DNA of 64,000 nucleotides from Heteronotia binoei (lineage: Eukaryota), in NCBI RefSeq assembly GCF_032191835.1, contig NC_083224.1:163680001-163744000 (forward strand), given 5' to 3'. Positions within the stretch are counted from its first letter, which is position 1, and every line of letters begins with the position of its first letter. The notes below the pieces were generated by a model. That model saw only the letters and a list, made by a program, of their open reading frames with translations, made no database searches and had not been told where the DNA came from. This document shows, piece by piece, positions 26,308-40,218 of the stretch. The position numbers and the translations under genes were made by a program.

Positions 26308-28651
26308 CTTTCTTAAATCTGATTTTCCCCTCCTTGTCTGAAGGCGGCACACTGTGGAAAGCCATTGCACTCAAGCCATAAACCAGGAGGACAGGAGATC
26401 AAGAGTGCATGAAAACAAGTGTTTACAAAGCTTCTTTCTGTTTTGTGCTGGACTCAGAACTGTGCAAAGTTTTCCACATGCAAATATGTTTCAGTGCCAC
26501 CCACCTACACAGCTCAAAAAGTCATTCTTGAAGGTCAAGTGCCACTTCAGGGCAGCATTGTATAAGACATAAAGGGCTGTAGCTGAAAGGAAAAATGGAT
26601 CACCGCTCATGGCAGTGGGCAGCTGTGTCTTTTTGGTTCTAATTCAGGACATTTTTTTCATAATGAAGCAAAAGAGTGGGGGATTCTGTGAGAATGCTTT
26701 GGAAAAAAATTAAGTTAAGAAGAGTATCTGCTCCATGTCAATTCTCAGAGTTTCAGCTAGAGCTTAAAAGCAATGGTAGCTCCAGAATATTACATCCCCT
26801 CATTAAGGATGAACAAGCCCCTGATTGCCACAGCCAGGCAGCTGGAGGGCAGTGCTATTTTGCAAAATGTGATTTTCAAAATCCAAAGGGGGTATTTACC
26901 AGGGAAAACTGGTGGTATGCAGGGCAACAAATGCCCCTACTTTGGAGTCATGCTGCTTTTGAAGAACTGAGGACAAAAATAAAAATGACCTGGGAAATGT
27001 ACTTTGTACATTCTTGTAGAATTCTTAAGCAGAATAGTTAAGCACCCCTCTTGGCTGCAAAATATCCTTCCCCCTCCTTCCCAGCCCCAGTGGTATCATG
27101 CAAATAAGCTGTTTCTGCAGGCATTGAGAATGGGAAAGTACCGTTCTATTTTAAATGTAATGAGTCACAGTTTGGAAACTCTTATCTGTTGTCTTGCAAA
27201 TACATTCTTGGGACTAAAGGCAAGCCAGTTGAAGTATTATTTTTTTTTCTTTGTTGTCAAGATAAAAATAAAATGAAGAAATCTAGTATGGGCCAGTTAG
27301 TTGACTTTCCTTCTAGCGTTTCCTAAAGATGTTTACATAATTTGCCTTGGTTTTAAAAATTCTTTTAAGGCACACTTGCTTGCAGAGCAGTGGGTTACCT
27401 GATTTATCTTTGAAATACTGTCACTTATGAAATATAGCAAAACATCTCAAGTTGTCATGATATTAAAGAACAAATTTGGGTGTTGAGAGAATGCAATTTG
27501 TTGGATTATTGCATACTTGCAGTCTGCTCATATAAGATGGAGAACTGTACACCAGCTTACAAGAATGGACATATTTCCCTTTTGCTGCATTCCCATTTCC
27601 CCATCCTGCTTTCCTTCCTCTGGTATTATCATATGGCAACATTACAATTTACACACAGGAAGTATATAATAATATACAATATGTAAGTAAGCTGATGCAG
27701 TAGGCATGCAGACCGATTGGGTAATCCTCCAAAGTAGATACACTACTATTTCTTCCTTATCCCAACTTTTATCTCCAGGATTTATTGCCTACCTCCCAGG
27801 CTTTCATCTGTCCACAACTCAATTTTACTGGTCTTTGAATTCACACTCTATGACCCCCCTCAGAATTAGATATACTGATGTTGCAGAACAGAAGCTTGCA
27901 GATAATCCTGATGCCCACAGAATGCTTATAACATGCAACTTGGAACTCCAGGGAGAGGCATAGAAAAGGAAATGACAGGACAGTGGTGGAAGACACTAGC
28001 TATTCCTTTTCTACGTGGGCATATTCTCAGAGAAGGTGAGCCTTCACATCTATGTCGAAGCCTAGAGGATTAGAAATTACAGGATGAAAGACTTGGCCAG
28101 AAATCCAACCAGACATTTAGACAATAATACAAAGGATACCTAAAGAGGAAAACATGGATCAGGAAACTGGGCTAAAGTGAATAAACAGTGGGGACATCTG
28201 AAAAGTCAAGACCTGTGTGTGAAGATGCTGATGGTACCTCCTCATATGGGAGCTGGAGAATAAGAAAACATTAGGATTTCCTGGATCTGAGGAGACAGCT
28301 TGGGGAGACTTAAGAAGAGCTTGAAGACAAGCTTCTGGAATGGCTGTGAAAAGAAATGGAGGCATTCCTGTGTTCATAATTTCTCCACATCATAAAGGTT
28401 GAGAGCTCTAAGATGGGCAGAAGGTATGATTAAGGGAATATCCAGGCCAGAATACTTTCCAAATAAGGAAAGAATAAAGGCATATGAGACAAAAGGGAAC
28501 TTTCGGCTACAGGAGCAGCTTCACCTAGTCAAAATATTTATAACAGAAACCCATAAAGAGCAGGCAGTGTTTGCGTGGATCAGTTTCTCTCTTGAGTTCT
28601 GCTTTTCCAGGGCTTCACCTTTCTGGGAATGCCTACTTTTGAATAGACCAT

Positions 28652-28860
28652 GTAATGGTTAACTGTGTTGGACTACTGTCTGGGAGAACCAGATTCCCAC
28701 TCTTGTGGAAGATCACAGTGATTTTGGGCTAGTCATACACTCAGGCTAACCTACCTCACAGGGTTGTTTTGAGAATAAACTGGAGGAATGGAGAATGAGG
28801 TAAGCCACCTTGGGTCCCATTAGGAAGAAAAGTGGGATCTAAATGGGTTAAATAAATAAA
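28652..28860 (+). mobile_element. Degenerate tRNA-derived SINE
   Basis: ttgggctagtca...ggctaacctacctcacagggttgttttgag...gtaagccaccttgggtccc, then an aataaataaa tail. Confidence 0.7.
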
Positions 28861-31090
28861 AATATTTACATTTGGAATTTGTGCACATACATCCCAGTGC
28901 TGCACTTCAAGCCTTAGAAAACCTAAAAGCTGCTCTCAGTATTTTGGCCTACAGGTTCCTGCTTTTTTTCTCCAGTTGGAATCACTCATGCCTTTTCTGT
29001 TTCCCATCAGGAAGAAACTGCACAGGCGTTGTCTTGGGAATCTTGAGCATTTGTAGCAAGCACTGAAGCCATCTAAACCTAAAGTGTCTTTTCCCCGTTT
29101 TCTTATTTTAAACCAAGATTGATTACCATTGTGGGCTACAGAAAATCCAGAAGAATGAGAAATAAAAAAATAAAACAAGACTTCTTTCTGATTCTTCTTG
29201 CAATCTATGTCAGCACACCTTTAGAAGTGTAATCACCAAACACCTTACCCCGCTTGCTTCCAAAATTAGGTATGTGCAAATCCTAGATAGCTCTGAGCAC
29301 AACCTGCATGTCTTTTTCAAATCACCAAACACAGAATATCTTTGCTGCAGCAGTCCTGTACATACACTTATTATTTAAAACTATTAAAATACAAGCTGAA
29401 TGTAACTGAGCTGCATCAGAACACCAAATTTTTAGGGCACAACAAATGACCTTATTTTACAGTACATAGGTGTAGGACAAGAACTGCCCTTTAGTGTATG
29501 AGGCATGTGATTATACAATTTAGTGCTTTTATAATAATGCTAATGTAAAAAGGTGTGCAGCTGATACATCCAGAGGAATAATTTTACTCCTGCCTTGAAA
29601 ACTGAAAATACCAATTTCAGTTTAATGAACTGTCACTGGAATTTGAACTTGAAGCTCATAGTTTGTAATCAGTGACTAGTGTGGTGTTACATACTTGTAC
29701 TTCACTGACCACTCAGTTCCTAAAGCTTTTTCTTTTATGATGTGTTTTGGGCACTAAAACTTCTTCAGCATTAAAACATTGAAGTCATAACCTGTGTGGT
29801 TTCTTACTGCATGGAACAGGCATAAATGGTGTCGCCTGAGGAGGGACTTAAGTAGAGTATAATGCCATAGAATCCACCTTCCAAAGCAGCCATTTTCTCC
29901 TGATGAATTGCTCTCTGTTGCCTGGAGATCAGCTGTAATCCAAAGACAGCTCCAGCTGCCACATAGAAGTTGGCAACCCTCTCAACAAAGCCTCCCATTG
30001 GTCCAGTTTTAGATTTGTAATTTTCCTTCTGCCTAGAAATGGTGAGCCAACAAAGTCAATTTGGCTGGAATATTTGGCCTCCCTGAAGCATCAATCACCA
30101 TGGTTTCTGCTTTCCCTGCTGTTTCCAAGTAACAAAAGCTTACTTTAAACATATAACACCATGCTTTAATTAATTAATCTAACTGTAGATAGTGTCATCA
30201 GTTGAATGCAAGCAGTCTTCTAACAATAGTCATTTAGGTTGATTTATTAACCACAGTTGATTTTAACACCACTTTTGTGTGTTGTACAAACACAATCCTG
30301 GCTTATTCTCCAGGAAAACCCTCCCAGCCTACAAAGAGAAAGCAGTAAATTGTCAAAGCAAACCAAGATTTGACTGAGCATCTCACAAATTAACCACTGT
30401 TAAAATAAATCACATTTGAACTGAATCAAAGTCTCATCACCATGAAAAAAACCCCCCAAGGCAGTATTTTTGCAGAAGTATCACCTAATGTAGTCACCTA
30501 GGGCAAGATGGGCACAGACCAGGAAAGCCCAGTGCAGTTCAGGGCTTGCAAACTGGGTGGCCACATACCATCCCCCTGAACAAAAACCCAAACAACCTAA
30601 TTGCCGCCCCTAGCATGCTTGCATCATCCAGAAGTGACGTGCGTCACCTTGATGTGTTCATGTCACTTCTGAGTGGCATTGGGCACCACCCCCAATACGC
30701 TCGCATTACCTGGAAGTGATGCAAGTACATTGGGCAACATGCTGTCACTTCCGGATAACGCAGAACACCACCTGGAACTGGAGTGTACACATCAGAGGCA
30801 GAATACATGAACTGGGCAAAATGCATTTCTGCACCAAAACTGATACCTAATCTTCATGAGGGAAGCATTCCCCCTCAACCCTTTTGTTTTCTGTTGTCCT
30901 TTTGATCTAATTCTTCCCTTGTGGTTGACCTTTATGCCACTCCCTCAAACCACCGCAACACATATACCCACAAACTCAGTAAACAAATAGCTCAGAGACC
31001 TAGCTTGGAGAAGGAAAAAAGGTTAGAAAGAGGTGGGACACAAACTGTATCAAAAGCCTTTGTTTCATTGAGAACTGAGTTCTAAGCAAA

Positions 31091-31460
31091 GATCCATGCT
31101 TTAGAACTATGTTTTTGCACCACGGCAGCACCACATAGTAGTAGATCTGTGATTGTTGCGGTGAGATCTGTGGCCATATATGTGATTGCGTGATGAATTT
31201 GGGTTGACCAAATGGAAAAAATCACAAGGATCCTGCTTTGGAACTATATTTTTATGCTGTGGCAGAGCCACAAAACAGCAGGCACATGTTTCAGGTGTCA
31301 TCTATGGGTATGGACATACTTAATTTCATGGTGAGTTTGGGATGACCCAAAGCAAAAATTGTGAGGATCCATGCTCGAAAACTAGGTTTTTGCACTACTG
31401 CAGTACCACAAAGTGGTGGATGTATGATTTTGGTGGTACTGTGCATAGATTAAGATATGC
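31091..31460. repeat. Diverged tandem repeat, period 137-138 bp, ~2.7 copies
   Basis: Units start gatcc(a)tgct at 31091, 31229 and 31366; they share aacta(t/g)-ttttt and end tttggg-tgacc-aaa. Confidence 0.7.
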
Positions 31461-31679
31461 TCTGTATTATGGTGGAAGTTTTGTTTCAATGTAAAAACAA
31501 TTAAATTTATGAGGAGTGTCTTGGATTAATGTTGTTTTTAATCAAAAGTATTTTATTGAATAGGATTAATGTTTTTGAACCATTGCTGTGCCATAAAGTT
31601 TTGGATCACTGCTTTTTGCAGTTCAGTCCATGGTTTGGCTTTGACATGTGATTTGATACTGAGGTAATTTAGTTTACTG

Positions 31680-32100
31680 GAGTTATATCTCACGCTTCCC
31701 ACAAAGCAGGCTCAGGGCAGGTTCCATCACAGTTCCACCATTAAAACAATAAAATTTACAATTTAAAAACATCTAAAATACTCAGACAGGAAGTCAGTGC
31801 CTCAACAATTATGACCAAATTAGGTCCAGTTGATCAGTCAGATCCCTGAGGTTGCTGAAGTCTAATAGAAGGAGATGCCTGTAGCCTCAACTAAAAGCCT
31901 GGAAGAGCTCCATTTTACAGGCCCTGTGAAACTGCAATAGGTCCTACATGGCTCTGATCTCTAATGGAAGCTCATTCAGAAAAAGCCTTGGCCCTAGCTG
32001 AGGCAAGCTGGACGTCCCTGGGGCTGGGAACCACCAAGAGCTGGATTCACCGATTGTAAAGTCCTATGGGGCTCATATGGGGAGAGGTGGGTTCTGTGAA
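31680..32100 (-). mobile_element. L2 LINE 3' fragment
   Basis: gcaggctcagggcagg tail, then aaaagcctggaagagctccattttacaggccctg...gccttggccctagctgaggcaagctggacgtccctggggc, typical of the L2 ORF2 C-terminus in antisense. Confidence 0.7.
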
Positions 32101-34566
32101 AGAAAAAAAATTGAGGATCCATGAAGATCTGTGAAGAGTCAGCTTTACTTTTTTCCCTGCATCCACATCTCATTCATTCTACCAGTCTCTCATGGCCACA
32201 TCAACAATGTGATGGACATGCTGCTAGTAAACTTAGAATGATTCTATAGTTACTTTGGGGTAAAAGATCAGTTCCAAGGAATGATATGCATAGAATTTAT
32301 TTTATACTTGTCATGTTCTACAAATCATAATGCAGATTAGGAACATTTCACTTGCATCTAAAAACAGTCATTTATTCAAATATGAGAGATATGAGTTAAG
32401 ATCAGAAACCCTGCCCTCTGAAGAAAATATGGTCACCTTGCTTATTAAGAAGGTTTTCATGTCTCAGTCAAAGGTGCACTACATTTTTTTTAAATATTAA
32501 GGCTTATTTTACATGTTTTAAAGTAGCAGTGAGAAATATCACTAGAAGTTACAACCTTACCACACATTACACAAGTGCATTTTTTAAAAACCTGGCAGAC
32601 TTTTTCTTTTTGAAAAGGATAAGTGATTCTAGTGGAGAGCAAGCAGGTTGGAAAAACTGATATTTAACCTTTTTCCTGCCAGCCATTCTTCTGTTCCACA
32701 TTACAACTGTCCTCAGCTGCTTTTTTCCTCTAGGATTCCAGATGCATGTTTATCCTTGAAAACACACGTATAAAGACATACAATGGAAAAGCATACACAT
32801 ACCACTGCTAGTCCACTCAAAGTTAGCCATCCTTAAGTTGTTGTTCCAAAATGGGACAGGATTTCATTATATGTGTTTGCACGTAACTTGTAGATTCCCT
32901 GACAATGCTTACTGAAGTCAGTCTTTGCTCCTTATAAAGAGATGAGCTGCAACTTTTGTTCAAAACTCAAGTCAAACACTGATATGTACACATTTACTTC
33001 CATCATAAAAGTCTAAATGGTCAGCTTTATCAGCCAGTTTGCAGTCCCCTTATTTTGAAACGTGTAGTGCACCTTTAACATATATAAAGCAAAATTCACA
33101 AAGAGACCTGGATAACTGCATTTTTTCTGGCACTGCAAGAGTTACTAATTTTGCCAAGTTTTTCACAACCCTGTTAAGTAATTTTTATTCTACTGAATCA
33201 ATATAAATACACATATATCTTACTAAACACACCAAATTAAAAAAATATTCTGCACAAATGCTGGTAAATATTTTTATCTCAACATTTCTTGAAGAAATGA
33301 CACCGAATAGTGATCCAAAAGCTGATGTATCTTCCCACAATATTAAAAAAAATAAATTAATCTGGTCAATGAATTACCACTTAATTAGTGATAAACAGCC
33401 TTGTTTCTCTACACAGTGTTTCCGAATAGTACAAAATAATCAACAAATGCAAAAATAATAAAAAACATGCAAAAACCGTTGGTATTTCTAGGCTACATTG
33501 ATGAATCTACCTTAACATTTCATTTTAGATCCTTGTTTGCATTTAAATGTAAACCACTCTTCCCTCTCTCCAACTTAGTGTTAACCTGCACACTCAGATC
33601 TCAAAACTGTGGCTTAAGGCAAAACATCCATTAATGAATACTTGAGGGGGAAATGTTGGACATCTCTAGATTCTAACAGGTGCCCATCTCTTATGATACC
33701 ATGTGTCTTAAGGCATTCTAAAAGTTAATTATGACACTTTATCAAATTAAGGCTCTGCTTTTCCACAGAAAAAGGATCTTCTGTACAATTAGTGAAATCC
33801 TATAGAAAGCAAAGACACTAATACCATATTTACCAGTCTATCAATACTACATCCCATGTTAGCAGCCAAATTTGGCTCTAAAAATTAAGCAGCATGGCAG
33901 ACTTCCTAGTGGACCCTATATTGCTCTCAATAGATGCGTATTATTTTAGCAAAGTATTACTCCTTTTTAAAAAAAAACTGGTGTTTTCTTCATTTTTAAA
34001 AAGGGGTTGTAAGAGCAGCAGCTCAACTTAAATTGTTCTCACTGAGATGGAAAGCCTGTGTCAGGGATGAACCAGTTCAGATTGAAGGTGAAGACTTGCG
34101 TAACTTAGTGCTTTTCATGCCAAAATGAATAAATAAATCCCTGTGCACAGAAAACAGGCATGTTAGAGAGACAGACTGTCTTTGTTTTGAATTTTACTTT
34201 ATTCTTTTTTGTAAACAGGAATATTCAATGAGGGCTCCCACCATTAATCTGAGGATATAGAGCCCAGACACAGGCTTACTACCCCAGTGAGAACTGTATT
34301 CAAGAGAAGCGTGATTTGTTGCTTACTGTGCTCCATTATAGTTAAAATTATGGTAGCAGTATTGTGCCTCATTATTGTGCATCAGTTTTAAATGTTACTT
34401 CTTTATTCCAAGCAGCACTCTAGATTTACAAGTATCTGAAAAGTAAAACAAACAAACTTTGTTTTAGAAGCAAAGTCATATGCCTAAACACAGCCATACA
34501 ATATCCACTGAAGACTCTGAATCATTTTATGAGCAACAAACAGGCAGCATGTTTTCAGTGTACCAT

Positions 34567-34572
34567 TTTATT
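34567..34572 (-). terminator. Candidate distal RO60 polyadenylation signal
   Basis: Minus strand reads AATAAA-atggtacactgaaaaCA-tgctgcctgtttgttgct: hexamer, CA 17 nt downstream, then a GU-rich element. Confidence 0.45.
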
Positions 34573-34954
34573 AACTTAGTCTGTTCTTCTCACATTTTCC
34601 TTACTTATAAAACCAAGAGTAAACCAAGTAGCCACCTGTACTAAATTAATCATGATCAGTATTCAAATATATACCAATGGACAGTTGAAATCCTGACCTT
34701 GATTTCCTGAAGACTTCATTGCACAAGCTTCAGTTCTCTAAATTACACATGCATAAGCAAAAGACAAAGGGGCATCCTTCTTACTTAACCAGTCTGCTCA
34801 AGATAATTCCACTGATCAGTTATTTCTAAATTGAAATTAAAGTTCCCTGTTCATAAGATACAAGATTTTATTTTTAGACTGATACCATAGATTTTCTTGA
34901 AGAGATAACACTTGAATGCACATACCGTTTATGCAGAAATAACTGCTTTCAGGT

Positions 34955-35105
34955 TAGGGTTGCCAGCCTCCAGGTTTTACAGTTGATTTCCAGCTGACAG
35001 AGATCAGAAAATGGCCACTTTGGAAGGGACTCTATGGAATTTTTCCTTCCACAGACTCCATCCCCAAAATCTCAAGATATTTCCTAACCTGGAGCTAGCA
35101 ACCCT
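34955..35105. mobile_element. Short MITE-like repeat (related copy at ~29860-29990)
   Basis: Ends agggttgccagcctccagg / cctggagctagcaacccta are inverted; core shared with 29860-29990 in opposite orientation. Confidence 0.6.
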
Positions 35106-38100
35106 ATTTCAGGCACCAGGAAAATTAATCCAGACCTTCCATTACGGTCTAAATTTTAGGGAGGAAATTGTTTATTATCCCAGTAAGCACTAAATGTGGC
35201 AGTATTTTTCATGAAGTAGTAAGTCATATGTTTATGCCCCTGCACTACGTAACAGACAACCATTGAAACTTTTCATTCAATCTGATATTTTGTTTGAAAC
35301 AGCACATGTATCCATTGTGTTTTAACCAAGTCTTATTTCAGCTACACAAAAATTTGTCTACTCAAATTCTAGCAACAGTCTTTTAAGATTCCCAAACAAA
35401 ACAAAAACAAGGAACAAGAATGAAGAAAACATGTTGTTTTCATTCAAAAATGGAACTGTCATTGAAGGGTTAGGGTTGTGTAATGTTATGCTCCATACCC
35501 CTGCCACAAATCCCTGTCCCCACTCCCTGCTACCACCAGCTGTGGTTAAGGATTATATTTGAACCAGTGTTCAAATAATAATGGGTAGTATTACCCAGAA
35601 TATAAAAATCAGGGATGGAAACTAAGGAAAAGTCATGAATCCCAGTTAGCATCAAGTAGGGGTGTAGGGAAAGGCAAGATGCATTAACATGCAAAAGGAG
35701 AAAAAGCAGGGTACCTAATTCTGTTGCTGCTGCTGTAACTATGATTAAGACATAAACAGTGCTGATGTATACACTAGCCAAGCAACGTAACCTAAGATTT
35801 GACAGAAGGGAATGTATGAACAGAATCTAAAGCAAAAAAGGAAGGAAGAAAAAAAACTACCCCTGGAAATTGTCGAACCTGAGAAAACAAAAGCGAGAAG
35901 GGGAAATAATCTGGCCAATATAAACGGTAACAGAAAGCTACCAGTTTATGGCATCATAGATGATCCATATACTTCCATAAGGCTTGCACCTAGCAAAGAC
36001 AAGCAAGTGCTGTTTTTTCTAAAGATTCATAATTAGCAATATTTCCAGAGTAAAACAGAGGCTGGCATGAAAATTCTATGTACATCATTAGTGAAAAAGG
36101 TATTGGTGTTTTTTGTTTTTTAAGTCAGTTTCATGTAGACTGTAAAAGAAACAAGCTATTTATTGGCCATGCCAGAAGTTCTGATGCATGGGTAGTGCTC
36201 AGCACACCCAGGAGCGTCCCTGTTCCCTTCTGAAAGCAAGAGAGTGAACTATATACAGAGCAGCAAATCCCTTTAAACACACTGATCATTTTCCTTAAGA
36301 GAACACAAGGCCTCTATGCAAGCAGTGCTTTGGACCACAAATGTTTAGCGTTATGAAATAGCTATCTGTTGACCATAACTAAGCTTAATTCATGCATTAT
36401 TTTAAGATAATGTACAAGTTTCAAAAGGCAATACAGAAACAGAGGAAACTATTTCAGTTCAAGCAAAATCTCTTCTCAGAATCTGGCAGTAGCATCAGAA
36501 CAGAGCCATATCAAACTCTCTTAACCTGTGCACAATTAGCATTTCTACTATAGGAACAAAAGTATTTACAAGCCTTCATATTTCTACTACTACATTCTTT
36601 TAGACTTTTTTGTATTCTTGCCTAGCATAGAATATAAAGAAGAGAGCTTGAAGCAGTCAACAGGTGCACCCCATGAGTCATCAGTGCAAAGAGGCTGCGG
36701 GATCTCTCAACCCCCTTTCTTCAGCAGGCCCATGTGACACCTAAAAAGCCAATGATCCTAGGAGACTCTTGTGGGTAAAATGCCATATGGTATGGGAGCT
36801 GCAATTAAGAATTTGCTAAAATCTAATATAGCATAAGTGCAGGTAAGGTAGCCTCCTGGAATTCTCTTGTTTCATATCAGTTCTCACCAACCCATGTGGC
36901 ATTTTGCCCATAAGGAGACCCTGAGTCTCAATGCTGGCTTTTCAGGAGTCACTCAAGTCTATTAAGGGAAGGCACAGGACATCTACCTTCACAACCTCCT
37001 TGTGCCAACTGGTGATAGGATGCAATCCCATGTGTTTTTAGAAAATGTATTTTTCCTTCCAATGTTCTTTTTAAAATTTACCCAGAACTATAATTTAAAT
37101 TTGAATTTCTTTCCAGAATTACGATCGTGCACACATCATTCCTGCAATCATTTCTCAGTTACTGATGTTAGAAATTTTCACAACCTGTTTTCAAATGTCA
37201 GTCTTCAGTAGTAGCTTCACACTGATGTTTACATGACTTTTCCAGAATAAGCAACTGACCTACCATACTGAGCATCTGAAAACTTTTTAGCTCTTTTTTA
37301 CAAATGGCAAGGATGCTGCTGTTAATTCATAAATAAATTTATATTTACTAGGTAAGTTTTATTTTCCTTCTACAAGTATCCATTTCTTTCAAGTACCCAA
37401 GTATGCTCATAGCAGCCTCTCCCACAGCTACACTTTAGACTGGCTACCAAACAACCAACCACATTCATAAAGCCTATTTTATTCCACCATTTTGAGAGAT
37501 GTAAATTTTGTATACAATGGGGAGGGTAACCAGAATAAAAGACAAAATAATGATACAAATATGCAGCATACAGAAAAAATAGCAACTCTAAACCTCTGGC
37601 ATATGGGACCAATAATGATACCTTCAGTCCTGATCTGCTGCCCATTTCCTTTCCCTTAGCTGTCTGACTGCTGCTTCTGCAGCACAAGCAGATGAATGGA
37701 ATCATTTTACAACACTCCGAAAGAAAATCAGAACAGCCATCAACATCCCTGAGGAATTCTGCTGCATTATAGATACATACAAGCCTTTGCAAAACTGCTC
37801 AACTAAACTCTCCCTTTCAGTTTTCCAGGCACAGAATTCTCCTCTTAATATGATATTCTTTGGTGAAAAGGCAGCACAGAGTATTTGCATGAATAATTTA
37901 ATTCTGACTATAATTTGGCAGTAAAGTCCCAAACTAACTGGGGTTAAAAAAAAATAATGCATATGTCAGGCAATTAGCATTTGTCAACATGGGGAACTAG
38001 AAAGTCTAAATAAAACAAACTAAGGTTATTGTCACCAAAAACAATCAGACACAATATTCTACAGCATGGAATACAGTGGCTTGGGTCAGAGATAATGCTG

Positions 38101-39994
38101 TATCATGAATAATTCTGGGGATAAACTTAGATTTGTGCACTCCCTTCTCCACTTGTGCCTTTGCAATTAACATTCCTGATTTGTGGCAACACTATCAGCA
38201 GTCATAACTAATGGCAAACTAGAATTGTGCAATCCACATGGTATGAAATTCTGGTTTGCAGTTCAAGCATAAGCAATCATTTTTACCTAGTATGAATCTG
38301 TAGCTTGCTGCAAACAAGAGCAAGAGAGAAACTACAGTATATAGAGATAGAACAATGAGGAAGACATGAGGCCCAGTTTTCTCCAAGTATTGTCTGAACC
38401 AAGTGCCTGTGAACTAATTCCATTGTAACATTTGTCACTTTGTGATAGAAAAATTATAATGGGTTGAAAAACCAATACACATTTTGCTGAAATAAAATGA
38501 CTTTAGAGAACTCCATGACTAGTTTCACGTGCCCAAGTGAACTTATGTTTTCTGAACTGCAGTGTCCCATCCTTCCATGCCACGTAGTAAACCTTTTCTA
38601 AAACGAAGGAGAATTATACATGAAATCCATGATACAGAAGGCATGGGATAGAGCTGTTCTTCAATATTGGGTAAAAGGCAAAAACTCTGCTCAGCATACT
38701 AAAAGTCTTGAACATGCCTAAACAGCCCTCTAAATCGCAACCAAGACCTATGAATAGACTCCTTCCTCCTGGATTATTTTTTGTAAACCCACACAGATAA
38801 TTCATTCAATTTACTTACATTCAATTAACTTACAATTCAGTTCATTTGCATTCTGTTACAAGCATCTATCCGTAACTGTTACATGACAACTGAATCTAAC
38901 TCTTATTTACGGAACAATAAAACCCTTCCGAACTTTACTAAGCACACAACTGATCTTGTACACCTCCCATATATTTCAAAGATAGTTCTACAGAAGGGAT
39001 CCTGATCTAAGCACAAGTGCAGGGACAGATGCTGCTTTAATAAAGATGTTTTAATAAAATGCAGATCAGTATTAAACTCATACAAGGTCACTTCACTTAT
39101 AAATTTCTACCTACTGTTCATTCTTTGAATCATCTGAAGTTTACACCAAGCCTTTACATACACTTAAATCCAAGCATCACTATGTACATCTTATTTTCAT
39201 GCTATAGAAGTTTCTCTTCTACCATGTTTTATATTTTTGAGACTTTTATGTGGAAGTGGGGAAACACACACATTTATTTGTCATTATCTGTCAATAATAT
39301 CTTTTGATTAACCATCCATATTCCCTACATACAGCATCTTTCTAGAGGCAGAAAGGTCCAAGAACCCAGAATGGTGTCCCTTTTCTTATAATTAAATAGG
39401 TAATGCTCAAGAATCTTCTAAGAATGTACACAAGAGCAGATTTAAAAAAATACCATCCTAGAATTCAATAGCAGCCCTGGCACTCCACAGCATAACAAAG
39501 ATCCCTTACTAAGATCCATGCAACCACCAATTCTTCAAATGGCATGATTTTAAATACAATTAACTGCTGTTTCTCTAGAGGACAGAAGATCTTAGCAAAC
39601 ACAGAAACAGCCTTCACTCACAAATTTTTACTGTTATTTGGAAATATATTCAGCTACGACACATCTAACATGATGCCTGCCAGTATTGATGTTTATAACT
39701 GCTTCTAAATATTCCTTATGTAAAACAAAACATGTTGGCCAAGGAATGTTGATCCAAACAAGTACACTTCAATAATAAACTAATGTACCAACTAAAAGTT
39801 GCAGTCCTTTATTAAACACTGCATTTATACCACCTCTCTTGTTTACATACCATCACATTCCAAGATGTAGTCCACATTCTGCCAAAAAACCCTGTGCTAT
39901 TACTTTGCTACAGTTGTCACTAGTCTTCAAAAGGATCACTGTTCATATTGAGGAACAGTATTTTCCATTCACGTTTAGAAAAAAATTGCCAAAC

Positions 39995-40218
39995 TGAATC
40001 CAAACTATGACTACATCTATGAAGCTGCCTTATACTGAATCAGACCCTTGGTCCATCAAAGTCAGTATTATCTACTCAGACTGGCAGCAGCTCTCCAGGG
40101 TCTCAAGCTGAGGTTTTTTACACCTATTTGCCTGGACCCTTTTTTTGGAGATGCCAGGGATTGAACCTGGGACCTTCTGCTTACCAAGCAGATGCTCTAC
40201 CAGCCATCGTCCCTCCCC
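39995..40218 (-). mobile_element. tRNA-derived SINE (same family as 50066-50276)
   Basis: Minus strand ggtagagcatctgcttggtaagcagaaggtcccaggttcaatccctggcatctcc (A and B boxes), with a LINE-like tail. Confidence 0.8.

Noticed and set aside
26676-27041. 121-aa ORF downstream of GLRX2
   Set aside because: No recognisable domain, splice context or promoter.
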